DNA of 64,000 bases from Octopus sinensis (GCF_006345805.1 NC_043001.1:122078001-122142000); one strand, 5' to 3'; shown: positions 27,231 through 38,641, numbered from the stretch's first letter. Program-made: numbers and translations. Notes: generated from the letters alone by a model not told the origin.

Positions 27231-27489
27231 GTGTGTGTGTGTGTGTGTGTTTCCATATGCCTTTGCATCAACAACATTTGGGTTGTGGTGATGTTGGTTA
27301 TACCCTGTATAAACAAAATGTTTGGCAATTCAGAATTTTCATGAGAGCAAAAAGTATCTTAGGTGATGTGGGAAACAAGGATTGGCATCAGGTAGGGTAT
27401 CCTGTGATAGAATATTTCCTCAAGATGTCTCAGCAATCCATGTCAGCATGAAAAAAGCATTAACAAAAATGATTGTGAAGTTTGTAATA

Positions 27490-27750
27490 TATCCATTCGC
27501 CAACTTTCCCATGGTTTCATGAGTCAGATGAAATGTTTTTGAGGTAGATGTTCTAGGTCCAGATGCCCTTCCTGTTGCCAACCCACCTTGTTTTAAGCAA
27601 GGAAATATTTCCTCAGGGACAGACATGTTTCTCACCGAAGGCTTGAAACGAACATCATTTGTATGATGGGTATGCTTGTTTACAGCCATGACGTCAAGAC
27701 AAGAGTGCATACATACACACGTATATATGTGTATACATCTCTCTCTCATA
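27490..27750 (-). mobile_element. Family E element
   Basis: gatgcccttcctgttgccaacc...aaggaaatattt; reverse complement of 27000-27230. Confidence 0.65.
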
Positions 27751-27789
27751 TATATATAAAAATTCTTCCTATGACCTTAAACAATACTA

Positions 27790-28145
27790 AGCCCAACCAC
27801 ACACATAGATAAACAGCCACATACACACACACACACACTCACACACCTGCACACATGCACATACCCACACATACCTCCTTCTCTTGCACTCTCTTGTCTT
27901 TGAAAGAACTTTTTCCTCACCCATTCCCTTCCGGTCATTTCAATATGTGACCGCGTGTGTATCGTTGGCGATTTTCTTTCTCCGTCTTCCCTTTTTTGGA
28001 CTTTCTCTATATTTCTGACGAAGAGTTCCACTCAAAACGTGAAATCCTCTTTCTTTTCTTCCCTTTCCTGAGCTTCCAATAACACTGTCCTTATTCCACG
28101 TCCTTGCATTGTTGTGTTTTCTCTTTGTTCATGTTTGGATTAACT
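27790..28145 (+). mobile_element. Penelope-like terminal repeat with decayed minimal hammerhead
   Basis: attt-CTGACGA-A-GAG-ttcca-CTC-aAAAC-GTg-aaat at 28011-28045; pyrimidine-rich body. Confidence 0.6.
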
Positions 28146-28159
28146 ATATATATATATAT

Positions 28160-28400
28160 ATCATCATCATCATCATCGTTTAACATCCGCTTTCTATGCC
28201 AGCATGGGTTAGACGGTTTCACTGGGGTCTGGGAAGCCAGGAGGCTGCTCCAGGCCCAGTGTGATCTGGCAGTGTTTCTACAGCTGGATACCTTTCCTAA
28301 TGCCAACCACTCCATGAATGTAGTGGGTGCTTTTTACGTGCCACCGGCACGGAGGCCAGGCAAGGCTGGCTACGGCCACGATCGGTTGGTGCTTTTTACG

Positions 28401-28404
<4 letters not shown>
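28160..28404 (-). mobile_element. Family C element
   Basis: (cat)n tail and conserved body. Confidence 0.88.
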
Positions 28405-28474
<70 letters not shown>

Positions 28475-28703
28475 TGGCAAGTTTCTTTCTGGTTCTGTCC
28501 CCTAAATTCACCCATGAGCCTTTGGTTGACCTTGGGCTATAGTAGAAGACATTTGCCCGGGGTGCCATGCAGTGTTACTTACCCCCAAGACTATGTCTTT
28601 GGGAAACAAGTTTCTTAACCTAACACCCATTATTATTATTATTATACTTTGTTTTGCTAAATTCTTGATGTGAACTTGGTTGTTGAAACAGACATTGTTG
28701 AAA

Positions 28704-29106
28704 TAGGCATAGGAGTGGCTGTGTGGTAAGTAGCTTGCCTACCAACCACATGGTTCCAGGTTCAGTCCCACTGCATGGCACCTTCGGTAAGTGTCTTCTA
28801 CTGACCAAAGCCTTGTAAGTGGATTTGGTAGACAGAAACTGAAAGAAGCCCGTCGTATATATGTAGATATATGTATGTGTGTGTATATGTTTGTGTGTCT
28901 GAGTTTGTCCCCCCCCCCCCCCAACAACAACAACGCTTGACAACCGATGCTGGTGTGCTTACATCCCCATAACTTAGCGATTTGGCAAAAGAGAACGATA
29001 GAATAAGTACTAGGCTTACAAGAATAAGTCCTGGGGTTGATTTGCTCGACTATAGGCAGTGCTCCAACATGACCACAGTCAAATGACTGAAACAAGTAAA
29101 AGAGTA
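28704..29106 (+). mobile_element. SINE family B, full length
   Basis: Complete head, linker and tail; interrupts a host repeat whose uninterrupted copy lies at 29853-30075. Confidence 0.92.
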
Positions 29107-29244
29107 ATTTGGGATGATCGTACTGTTTACAAAAGCACACACACAATCTGGCTGTATTTTACTGCAACTTTATTGCTTGTTAATTAATGTTCAAGACTTC
29201 AATTCAATACCTGAAAATTTACTGAATCTCTTCAAATTCTTGGT

Positions 29245-29624
29245 TATTTTTACCTCCACCTTAGCAAAGGTGGAGGTATTGTTTTCAGTCATGCTTGTTT
29301 GTTTGTTTGTTTGTCGATAGACAAGATATCTCAAGAACTGCTGGATGGATTCAGATTAAACTTTCAGGGATGTTTGGCCTCATGACTCACATGAACTGAT
29401 TAACTTTTGGGATTGATCTGGTACCAGACAAAACTTCTGGATTATCTTTCTGTTTTTTTTACTTAATTTTTGAGGGCAGATCTGGTTCATTTTTAGTATT
29501 CTTGTTTGTGAGAGCAGTTGAGTTTATTTCAAATATTCTCATTTTAAAAATAATCTCTGGCTGATCGTTGAGAGGACATTGGTGTTGCCTTGGTGGAGGT
29601 ATGTGCTCTCTGAGCGCTCTTGTT
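29245..29624 (+). mobile_element. Helentron-associated non-autonomous element (HINE/DINE-1-like)
   Basis: 5' stem acctccacc-ttagcaaa-ggtggaggt, (gttt)n microsatellite, 3' sub-terminal repeat ggtggaggt, then hairpin gtgctc-tct-gagcgc and tgtt; inserted in a T-run. Confidence 0.75.
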
Positions 29625-29630
29625 ATAAAA

Positions 29631-29848
29631 GGCGGCGAGCAGGCAGAAACGTTAGCACGCCGGGCGAAATGCGTAGCCGTATTTCGTCTGCCGTTACATT
29701 CTGAGTTCAAATTCCGCCGAGGTCAACTTTCCCTTTCATCCTTTCGGGGTTGATAAATTAAGTACCAGTTACGCACTGGGGTCGATAAAATCGACTTAAT
29801 CCGTTTGTCTGTCCTTGTTTGTCCCATTTGTGTTTAGCCCCTTGTGGA
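29631..29848 (+). mobile_element. SINE family A, near-consensus, lacks terminal tail
   Basis: ggcggcgagcaggcagaaacgttagcacgccgggcg...tttagccccttgtgg. Confidence 0.92.
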
Positions 29849-30217
29849 TATAGTTTTTGCAAAATTCTTGATGTGAACTTGGTTGTTGAAACAGACATTG
29901 TTGTGCTTTGGGAAGATCGTACTGCTTACAAAAGCACACGCACACACACACTGGTTGTATATTACTGCAAATTTATCTACCAATTAATTAACAAAAAGTA
30001 TTATGAATTAATGTTCCAGACATCAATTTAATACCTGAAAAGTTACGGAATCTCTTCAAATTCTTGGTTATTTTATAAGTTAATTTTAACAGATAGACAA
30101 TGTGTTTCTTTAAAAATACAGTCATGAAAAGTGTCAAATGTTTTTTATGAAGTCTGGTTAACTTAGCCTGTTACCTACCTGACTTTTGTTTTATATTTTG
30201 TAATTTTAAAATTTCAG

Positions 30218-30293
30218 GAGTGAGAGTGTTGCAGGTAGTGAGGAGACGGTACCACGTCGCCCTGGCCAGTATACAGAGTCCCCACCACCAGCA
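30218..30293 (+). CDS. ttyh: Internal exon of the Tweety-like gene (SESVAGSEETVPRRPGQYTESPPPA)
   Basis: atttcag acceptor, GCA|gtaagt donor, 76 nt, phase 2/0. Joins 2704 as TT|G = Leu. ESPPPx recalls TTYH3 ESPPPSY and TTYH2 ASPPPTY. Confidence 0.78.
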
Positions 30294-30333
30294 GTAAGTA
30301 AACTATATCCATTTGTCAGTCACTAAATATATA

Positions 30334-30378
<45 letters not shown>

Positions 30379-30418
30379 GTATGTATATATATATGTACCT
30401 TGTCTGTTTTTCACCCAG

Positions 30419-30505
30419 ACTGCTACCACTACCTCTACCACCACCACCACCACCACCACCAGCATTTCACCTTCACTCCCTCTTCAAAGTCTTTCCTTCA
30501 TGTAA
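30419..30505 (+). CDS. Candidate proximal alternative last exon (TATTTSTTTTTTTTSISPSLPLQSLSFM*)
   Basis: tgtctgtttttcacccag acceptor 125 nt after the 30293 donor, open in phase 0. Largely an (ACC)n repeat, so it may be a chance match. Confidence 0.2.
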   Translation, partial: TATTTSTTTTTTTTSISPSLPLQSLSFM

Positions 30506-30709
30506 CTTTCATGAACACCAAAAAAAAAAAAAAATTGCAAAAAGGTAAAACAAATGGTAGAAGATATATTGGTGTTTGGTTGTTCCTTTATCTTTCCCCT
30601 TTGACTCTTTCTCTCTCTCTCTTTCTCTCTCTATCTCTCTCTCTCTTTCCCTCTCTTTTGTAGTCCTGGAAACTTGAAAAAACTTTTTTCCATTTGTGAT
30701 TTGTCTGCC

Positions 30710-30773
<64 letters not shown>

Positions 30774-31119
30774 TAAAGAAGGAGGTCTCTAAGTGGTTAC
30801 TGAACCTTCTAGAGATAGGTGTCAAATCTCTCAAATCACACCTTATGTTTTTAAATAGGAAGGACACATTGTATAATCTAGTCATAAAGGTACAGACTGA
30901 AAGCAAGACCAGATGGTTGCGGCTAGAATGTCCTTGATCATTGATCAGGTTGATCAGAACTAGCCCGGGGCTAAACTGCAACAATGTGTTCTGTAAGGAA
31001 GAAAAAGCATACTGAAGTGAAATTCACTATTCTATTGGATTTATACAAATTCCAATGAACTTATTTATTTCTGGCAAATAAAATACAGGATACAAGATAT
31101 ATGTAAGGTAAATTTAGAT

Positions 31120-31278
31120 GCAGCAATTAGGAAGGGCATTAGGAAGGGCATCCAGCTGTAGAAACACTGCCAGATCAGAATGAAGCCTGGTACAGCTTCC
31201 TGGTTCCCAGATCCCAGTGAAACCGTCCAACCCATGCTAGCATGGAAAACGGACGTTAAACAATGATGATGATGATGA
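31120..31278 (+). mobile_element. Family C element 3' part
   Basis: aggaagggcatccagctgtagaaac...cgttaaacaa(tga)n. Confidence 0.85.
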
Positions 31279-31334
31279 TATATATATATATCCCTCTCTC
31301 TCTTTTGGAGAGGCACAAGCACCTTCATGCACAT

Positions 31335-31470
31335 ATACACACACGGCAGTAACTTCCGCCTACCGAATTCAATCACAAAGCTTTGGTCGGCCCAGGTCTA
31401 TAGCAGAAGACACTTGCCGAAAGTGCTATGTGGTGGGACTAAACCCGAAACCATGTATTAGGAAGCAATA
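31335..31470 (-). mobile_element. SINE family B 5' half
   Basis: acaaagctttggtcggccc...gaagacacttgcc. Confidence 0.75.
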
Positions 31471-31909
31471 AAAACCAAGTCAATTTTGTCAGAGCACCTT
31501 TTATGTCTCAGAATTATGAGATGATATGAACACTATACTGATAAAGTACTTTACCAATTTTCTTGCACTTTGAATGCTTATAGCATTAAGCCATTCACTC
31601 AGTAGTACATGTTTACAGCTAATCAGTTTGAGTTACGGAGTACATAAGATATAAATCTATATATTTTGAAGAATTTTACATAGTACTGGTTGGTTTGACA
31701 AAATTATACTTGTATAAGTTCTGCAGGTAAAAAGGCCAGTTATTAGATTATTAGATGTTATTGCCAAGAATCTATTCCACATGAATCCAGAAATTCAGTA
31801 ATCAGTAATGCAACACTAATAGTGATGATGAGAGTAATAATGATTAATGATAATAATAATAAAATGTCTGTAATGTTAACAATACCAAAGCTATACCATA
31901 TATAGTATA

Positions 31910-32050
31910 GAAAGCTATAACCACATGGTTGTGGGTTCGATTGCAGTACATGGCACCTTGGGCATGTGTCTACCATAGCCTTGGGTTGACCAATGCCTTG
32001 TGAGTGAAATTTGGTAGACGGAAGCTGTGCAGAGATTCCGTCGTATATGT
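31910..32050 (+). mobile_element. SINE family B-like 5' half
   Basis: ggcaccttgggc...gccttgtgagtgaaatttggtagacggaa. Confidence 0.75.
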
Positions 32051-32584
32051 ATGTATGTATAAATATATATATATGTATGCATGTGTGTGTATATCTTCCA
32101 CGGGCATATATTGATGAAAAATGTAAATATCGGCGAGAAAACTGCTAAACTGGTGCTTTCGAATGAAAATCCCTTGTGATATTTGTTCTGCCCGAGTTAC
32201 ACAGACAATCCCTTGTCACTCTTGCCATCGTAAATGCAGTGAACCAGTAATTGGCCCGTTGGAAACCTATAACCAACGAAGCTATTTTTTCACAAAATGC
32301 AATATATAACTATAAAAATAAAAATATATATATATATATACTTATATATACAAAACACATATTGGGTCTATTTAACCAAATTTCTTACATACTCTCTACC
32401 TCATATATTAGTGCCATACTACAGATCAGCTTTTAGAATTCATCATTTCTGCAAGACATCCAGATAGTTTGGTAAATATGGTGAACAAGTCTTCATATTT
32501 CACTGTATAATTTCTGTCATTGGTGTGAGGCACACATTCCATTGCTGCTTGTGATAGCTTGCTATATAATTTTTAATTTGTGTC

Positions 32585-32615
<31 letters not shown>

Positions 32616-32807
32616 GCATATATATATATACATATAAACACTTTGAATGCGCAGTAGATATTAAACAGTTTTGTCTTGCAAACTATTTCCTTGTGATTGC
32701 ATGTTTGATATATTTGACATTTACTATTGTTAATTATTATTATTATTTTTTTTTTTTTATAATTATTTTCTTGTTATTGTCACATGTTTAGTTCTTTGAC
32801 CTGTAAG

Positions 32808-32850
32808 CACCTCCCATCTGAACGGCTGCTGCTGGCAAAATCAAGGATTT
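32808..32850 (+). CDS. Candidate cassette exon A (HLPSERLLLAKSRI), phase 0/1
   Basis: GC-richer island with T|gtatgt donor; acceptor (tgtaag) is weak. Confidence 0.25.
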
Positions 32851-32900
32851 GTATGTTTGCTTATCTTCCTTCTTAACTGACCATTTTTTTTTTTTCACAG

Positions 32901-32951
32901 CTTAAATCTTTTTATCAGTGCAGAATGTCATCATTGAGTAAAGAGTCTTGA
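32901..32951 (+). CDS. Candidate exon B: terminal (LKSFYQCRMSSLSKES*) or cassette to 32937 (phase 0/1)
   Basis: Strong T-tract + cacag acceptor with ttaac/ctgac branch-like sites. Internal A|gtaaag donor. Stop 32949-32951 immediately followed by AATAAA (32952-32957). Confidence 0.4.
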   Translation, partial: LKSFYQCRMSSLSKES

Positions 32952-33021
32952 AATAAAGAAAATATTAAAAGCTTATTTCTCAATATATAATATATATGTG
33001 TATGCATATATATATATTTAC

Positions 33022-33058
<37 letters not shown>

Positions 33059-33807
33059 GGATCATGGAACCCTTGCAAACATGGAACATGGACATGAAAT
33101 GATGATGATGAAGATAAAATATATATATTCAGAAATGAGCTTTTAAAATATGTCTGTATACACATATGTATGTAGATAAGTATATGTGTGTGTGTATATA
33201 TATGTATATATATATATATATATATACACACACATACATATACATACACACATATAAAATATGTATATCCAGAAATGAGCTTTTAAAATATTTATGTGCG
33301 TATGCATACATATATATATGTATAAAATACAAACTTTGTCTCAGTTTATTGGAATTATAATGAAAAAGAAAAAGAGATAATAAACTGCAATTCATAAAAC
33401 GAATATTATACATAAATATATACATACATATTCTTTTTTTTTTTCATTGTAATTTATATGGAAATAAGTTGTTTGGTTGTTTTGTCTTTTTCTCAGTATT
33501 TGATATCTTGATATTCCTGGTAAAATATCTTATTCTATGGAGAGGAGATGATATGGTTGTTTAGTTAAGTACTATTTAAATAAGTAGCTATCATAATACT
33601 TAATTATCTAAGTGTTTTAAAAAGAGTTAATAAAATTTTAAATCTTCAAACTATTGGCCTCATTTTTAGAGGTGAGAAGTATTTTAATATCTACGTCTAT
33701 GCTGTTTCCTTCAACTCTGATCTTTATAAAGTGTCTTATTCCTAGATGTGTTCTAGATTTTGTACTAGACTAGATTAAGACTATGAATATTTCATTTGTC
33801 TTACTTT

Positions 33808-34258
33808 CCAACTACATGGTTTGAGGTTCAGTCCCACTGCATAGCACCTTGAGCAAGTGTCTTCTAATATAGGCCTCAGGCCAACCAAAGCCTTGTGAGT
33901 GGATTTGGTAGTTGCCAATTGAAAGCAGGCCATCGTATATATGTATATACCGGCATAAGGCAGATGTTAAACAATGATGATTGTGATGATGGTATATATC
34001 ACACACACTCACATATAATATATGTATGTGTGTATTTGTGTCTGTGTTTGTCCCCCCACCACTGCTTAACAACTGGTGTTTGTGTGTTTATGTCCCAGTA
34101 ACTTAGTGGTTCAGCAAAAGAGACCAACAGAATAAGTAACAGATTTAAAAAAAAAAAAAAATAAGCACCAGGGTCAATGCATTCAATTAAAAGATTTTTC
34201 AAGGTGGTGCCCCAGCATGGCCACAGTCTAATGACTGAAAGAAGTAAAAGAAAAAGTA
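33808..34258 (+). mobile_element. SINE family B with a family C tail fragment in its linker
   Basis: B head and tail with ggcagatgttaaacaatgatgat in between. Confidence 0.8.
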
Positions 34259-35121
34259 TAAAAAATTCAAGTATTGTTGTACACATCCAGGACTAAGACA
34301 CCCTATGACAATCAGAGATCAAGCTAACTGTAAAGTAGTGTAGATGTAAATATTGAAAATCCAGCTCTGTCTAACTGCTCCTTTTGTGCTACCATACACT
34401 GCATGTTTGGATTTGCTTGCGTCATTTTTCTAGCAATAAGTTTCTCTAACCATTCTTTTGGCAATTTAATTGAAGATTTTTAAAATGATAAGAAGGTTTA
34501 AAAGAATCATTACTTTTCCATGCCTGTTACGTATGGCCTGTTGCTTTGAAATAGCTTATCGTGCCAGTATTAACAGGGCTTAATAGCCCATTCTGAAGAT
34601 ATTTCCAAACAGATAACAGTGGTTCTTTGACAGCATTTTGCTTCTGTTGCCTGTGATTGCCGCTTTTTGTGGAGCAGTGGCTTGGTAAAATTATTTGACC
34701 ATCAAATTTCAAGAAAAGAGTTTGGTAGTTTATCAGAAAAAAGAAAGGAAAAAAAAAGGAAAAAAGAAAAGAAGTTCTTTTTGTTTCTCTATTTGTCATT
34801 TGCCCGAAGTTCAGTGATTGTATATTCTTTCGTTATTTATTCTATCATTTACAAAAACTGTTACAAACTACACAGTGTTTTTTTAAAAGTTTTTATGCTG
34901 TCTTAAGGTTGGTTGCTGTCAGAAATTGGTGTAGTTCCACATACAGGTGGAATAGTGGAATGTATGGTAAAACATCCAAAATGTTGTATGCTTGACTATT
35001 ATAGATTCGTAAAAAAGGGGCATTATTACTCTTATCTCTTTAGAGAAATGTGTGTGGTCACATTCATACCTTTCCCAAAGGTATTTAAATGCATATGAAG
35101 AATCACTACAATTTTACTTCA

Positions 35122-35315
35122 CACGTGCTGGTGGCATGTAAAAGCACCCACTACACTCTTGGAGTGGTTGGCCTTAGGAAGGGCATCCAGCTGTAGAAAC
35201 TCTGCCTGATCAGATTAGAGCCTTGTGTAGCCATCTGGTTTGCCAGTCCTCAGTCAAATCGTCCAACCCATGCTAGCATGGAAAGTGGACGTTAAACAAT
35301 GATGATGATGATGAT
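35122..35315 (+). mobile_element. Family C element
   Basis: ttaggaagggcatccagctg...ggacgttaaacaa(tga)n. Confidence 0.88.
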
Positions 35316-35639
35316 ATTTGTTTTAACTCAACATAATGAATGTGAAATATATATTGTAACAGCAGTGTGTATTTTGACAGGCTAGATGTAATATTAGATG
35401 TGATTTTAAGACACTAACATGTATTGTGACAGATATAGATGTGAAGTATTGTGGAGCTTTGCTTAAAGCCATGTAAACAGATGAAAAAAAAGAGGATCAT
35501 ACGTGCTTGGTTTATGCAGTTACTAATTTATCCTATATTTTTATCAAATTAGAACAGACTAATATGTTTATTGTAAGCTTAGTTACAGAATAGCTTTTGA
35601 ATTCAGTTGTTGCTTTGTTATGCAATAATATAGAAAAGG

Positions 35640-36115
35640 AATTTTTGTATTTGGTTTGCAAGACTCTTGAAGTGAACCTGTGTTTTGAAACAGATTTTGT
35701 TGAATCTTGGGAGGGTTATTATAATAGAACACTGGTTCTATTTCATTTCTTTTAGTCAGTTTGCTAGCTATTTAACAATTAATTTATTGCTTGAGTAATC
35801 ATTCAGTTAATCAATCAACTAGCTAGGTTCATCAAAGTCCTATTCTTACCAATTACAACTTCATCAATGCCATGCCCTCTGTGCCCAAGGATTGCTTCAG
35901 ATCTAAAATGGAAGGCATGCCATTAATGAGGTTTTGATTGGTGACAAAAAGACTTTGACAAACGTTGTTGGTTGATTGATTGGATGAACAATTACTCAAG
36001 TAGTCAATTAGTTATTTGGTTATCTAGTTTAATAATAATAACAACAATAATCATAACAAAGAAGTGAAATGCAACCGGTGCATGGGTTTTTTTATTGACA
36101 TAATGACCTTCCTAA
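35640..36115. repeat. Old repeat with internal palindrome, copy 1
   Basis: ctggttctatttcatttc...gaagtgaaatgcaaccgg inverted ends (35733-36078); ctaggttcatca and tttattgacataatgaccttcc shared with 57080-57590. Confidence 0.7.
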
Positions 36116-37275
36116 GATGCAACGAAATAGGAAAGACATTCCATAGTCTATTATGTCACTTTGTGTTTAAGTAAGTGTGAGTGAGTTAGAAGCTGGATGT
36201 TACATCTTTAGATTTTAATTGATGATTGATGGTATTACATAAAATTTTTTTTTTTCCTGAAGAACTGCAGTTTTTGTCTTCCTGTCAAAAACGTTTCAAT
36301 CAATTTTCTTTCTGATGACATATTCACTGATATCTGCCCTAATCTAGCTTGTAGAAACCCTGTAGTAAAACTCCTGGCTAAGTAGCTAATCTGCTTTGTA
36401 GTTTCCAGTGTATTTAATGTCTTAACTACTCATTTCTCCACTCTGTTCTTGTTGTACTGTTCTGTTATCATCCATTTGCTTTAAGCCCTGGAAGGAAGAT
36501 CACACTTAAGCACCATTTGTCTTAAGCTCTGGAAGGAAGATATATCATGCCTAAATACCAATTGCCTTAATATTTTGAAAGAAGATAGAATATATTACCC
36601 AGTGGGTCAATAAATTCATCTTTGTTTATTTATCCAGTTTTTGTTTCTAAATATAATGTGTTTTGGTAAAATGATTTCCCCGCCAAAAATGTGTCATGAA
36701 ATTACAAGGCATTAGTGGAGTCCCAATATTATGTGATTAGACATTTTTACAACATATCAAAGTTTGGAAGGCAGCTAATTTAAATATGAAGAGACTTTGT
36801 CCAAATGTGACATCTTTGTTGATCACATATCAACACACACACACACACACATATCTACAATTGCATATAGGCTGTGCATACTCTTGTACATATGAGCACT
36901 CACACATGTTGGCATACAATACACACTTGCAAACATATGCTTCCTTTCTCATGCACATGGATATACACACTCCTGCTCATGTACACATATGTATATAATT
37001 ATACATATACTAAAAAATATTGACAAGCATTCTCAATATATAGAATCATTTTATCAATAAAATGTGGTATTATAAAAAATATATTCAAATATAGATACTT
37101 GAATCTAAAGAATTGTTTCGATATATATATATATATTATATATATATTATATATATATATATATAATATATATATATATAAAATAATAATAATAATAATA
37201 TTAGGGAGTATAGCTCCAACTTACATGGAAAAATTCGATTTAGTATTAAATCAAATTTCACAGTATGTATATATA

Positions 37276-37306
<31 letters not shown>

Positions 37307-37391
37307 AAATAATAATAATATAATAATATTAGGGAGTATAGCTCCAACTTACATGGAAAAATTCGATTTAGTATTAAATCAAATTTCACAG

Positions 37392-37437
<46 letters not shown>

Positions 37438-37819
37438 GTTATAGTAGATAATTAAGTTTGTTTATGTAATTTGAAATATAGATCACAGCATCTTCAGCAA
37501 GGAGTTTACTTTAGTTTAACTTGAGTCTCAATCTCTCTGACAAACAAGATCTTTTAATGAATAGTAGAAAATAAACTGAAATAAGACAAAATAAAAAATG
37601 CAATGAAACAACAGAAAACTTCCGTTTTTGATATTAGCACCCATTTATGTTTAACCTCTGTCTCATTCTTAAGCTTCTTGTTGCTCTTGTTATAGCACAC
37701 CAAATTTTCTTTTATTTCATAAATGTATTTTGTTTTTTAGTTTCTAACTAAATCAGGGATTAACCAGTTTGATATAAGCTTTAGGGAGAGTTTACGAAAA
37801 GAAACAAAAGACGAAGACA

Positions 37820-37925
37820 GGTGGTGTACAAAACAAACAGATGTATTAGTATAATGCTCAGGAATAGAAAAAATCTTTTACGTTTCGAGCCTACGCTCTT
37901 CTACAGAAAGGGACACAGAAAAAAA
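37820..37925 (-). mobile_element. Penelope-like terminal fragment with near-intact minimal hammerhead
   Basis: Minus strand 37910-37875: cttt-CTGTAGA-A-GAGC-gtag-GCTC-GAAAC-GTA-aaag. Confidence 0.65.
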
Positions 37926-38077
37926 TGTGTGTAGTGGCTAACAATATATGAGCTTTAGTTTGATCCCCAGTTGTCTCTTATTTCTTAGTTGTTAGTCTCC
38001 ACATCTAACGAAACACTAATAATAAATAAATATGAATATTATAATAGAAACATATACATAAACATTTCTTTTAACAG

Positions 38078-38149
38078 CTGTGGCATTGTTGTTTTTAGTC
38101 ATTATTCTTCTTGCCTGTTTGATTTTTTATCTCTTACCAAATTCATCAG
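38078..38149 (+). CDS. Candidate 72-nt cassette exon encoding a hydrophobic helix (xVALLFLVIILLACLIFYLLPNSS), phase 1/1
   Basis: ttcttttaacag acceptor, consensus CAG|gtaagc donor, length divisible by 3. Caveat: T-rich DNA readily translates as hydrophobic. Confidence 0.4.
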
Positions 38150-38246
38150 GTAAGCTCAAGGAATTGACAAATATTTGGTAACTTCATGCATAGGTTCTAT
38201 AAACAGTTTGCATTATCTGGTGGTCACAACTGCCACCGTCATAATC

Positions 38247-38247
<1 letters not shown>

Positions 38248-38294
<47 letters not shown>

Positions 38295-38337
38295 GATGAT
38301 AATAATAATAATAATAATAATGATGATGATAATAATA
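38248..38337. repeat. (ATT)n-(AAT)n compound microsatellite
   Basis: Directly visible; self-complementary. Confidence 0.95.
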
Positions 38338-38641
38338 CTTGTGAACTTGCAATAATTTTTTTCTAGTAAACTTAAATATTTGTTGTAAATTCAAGTGCAG
38401 TGTTTTACTTAAGACTTATTTTGATTGATACCAAGACTAGAACCAGACAACAGATTGGCTAATATTATACAAATTGCTATATAATATAAGGTGATACAAC
38501 ATAAACAACACCAATCTCTAAATGATGTAAACACAGATGCACACAACACAAAATATACAATATTATATTATATATATATATATGCATATACATACATACA
38601 TACATACATACATACATACATACATACACATACATACATAC

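Noticed and set aside
32792-32802. 11-nt microexon ttag|TTCTTTGACCT|gtaagc
   Set aside because: Good donor, but phase 0/2 has no compatible downstream exon that I could identify apart from a stop-containing reading of exon B.
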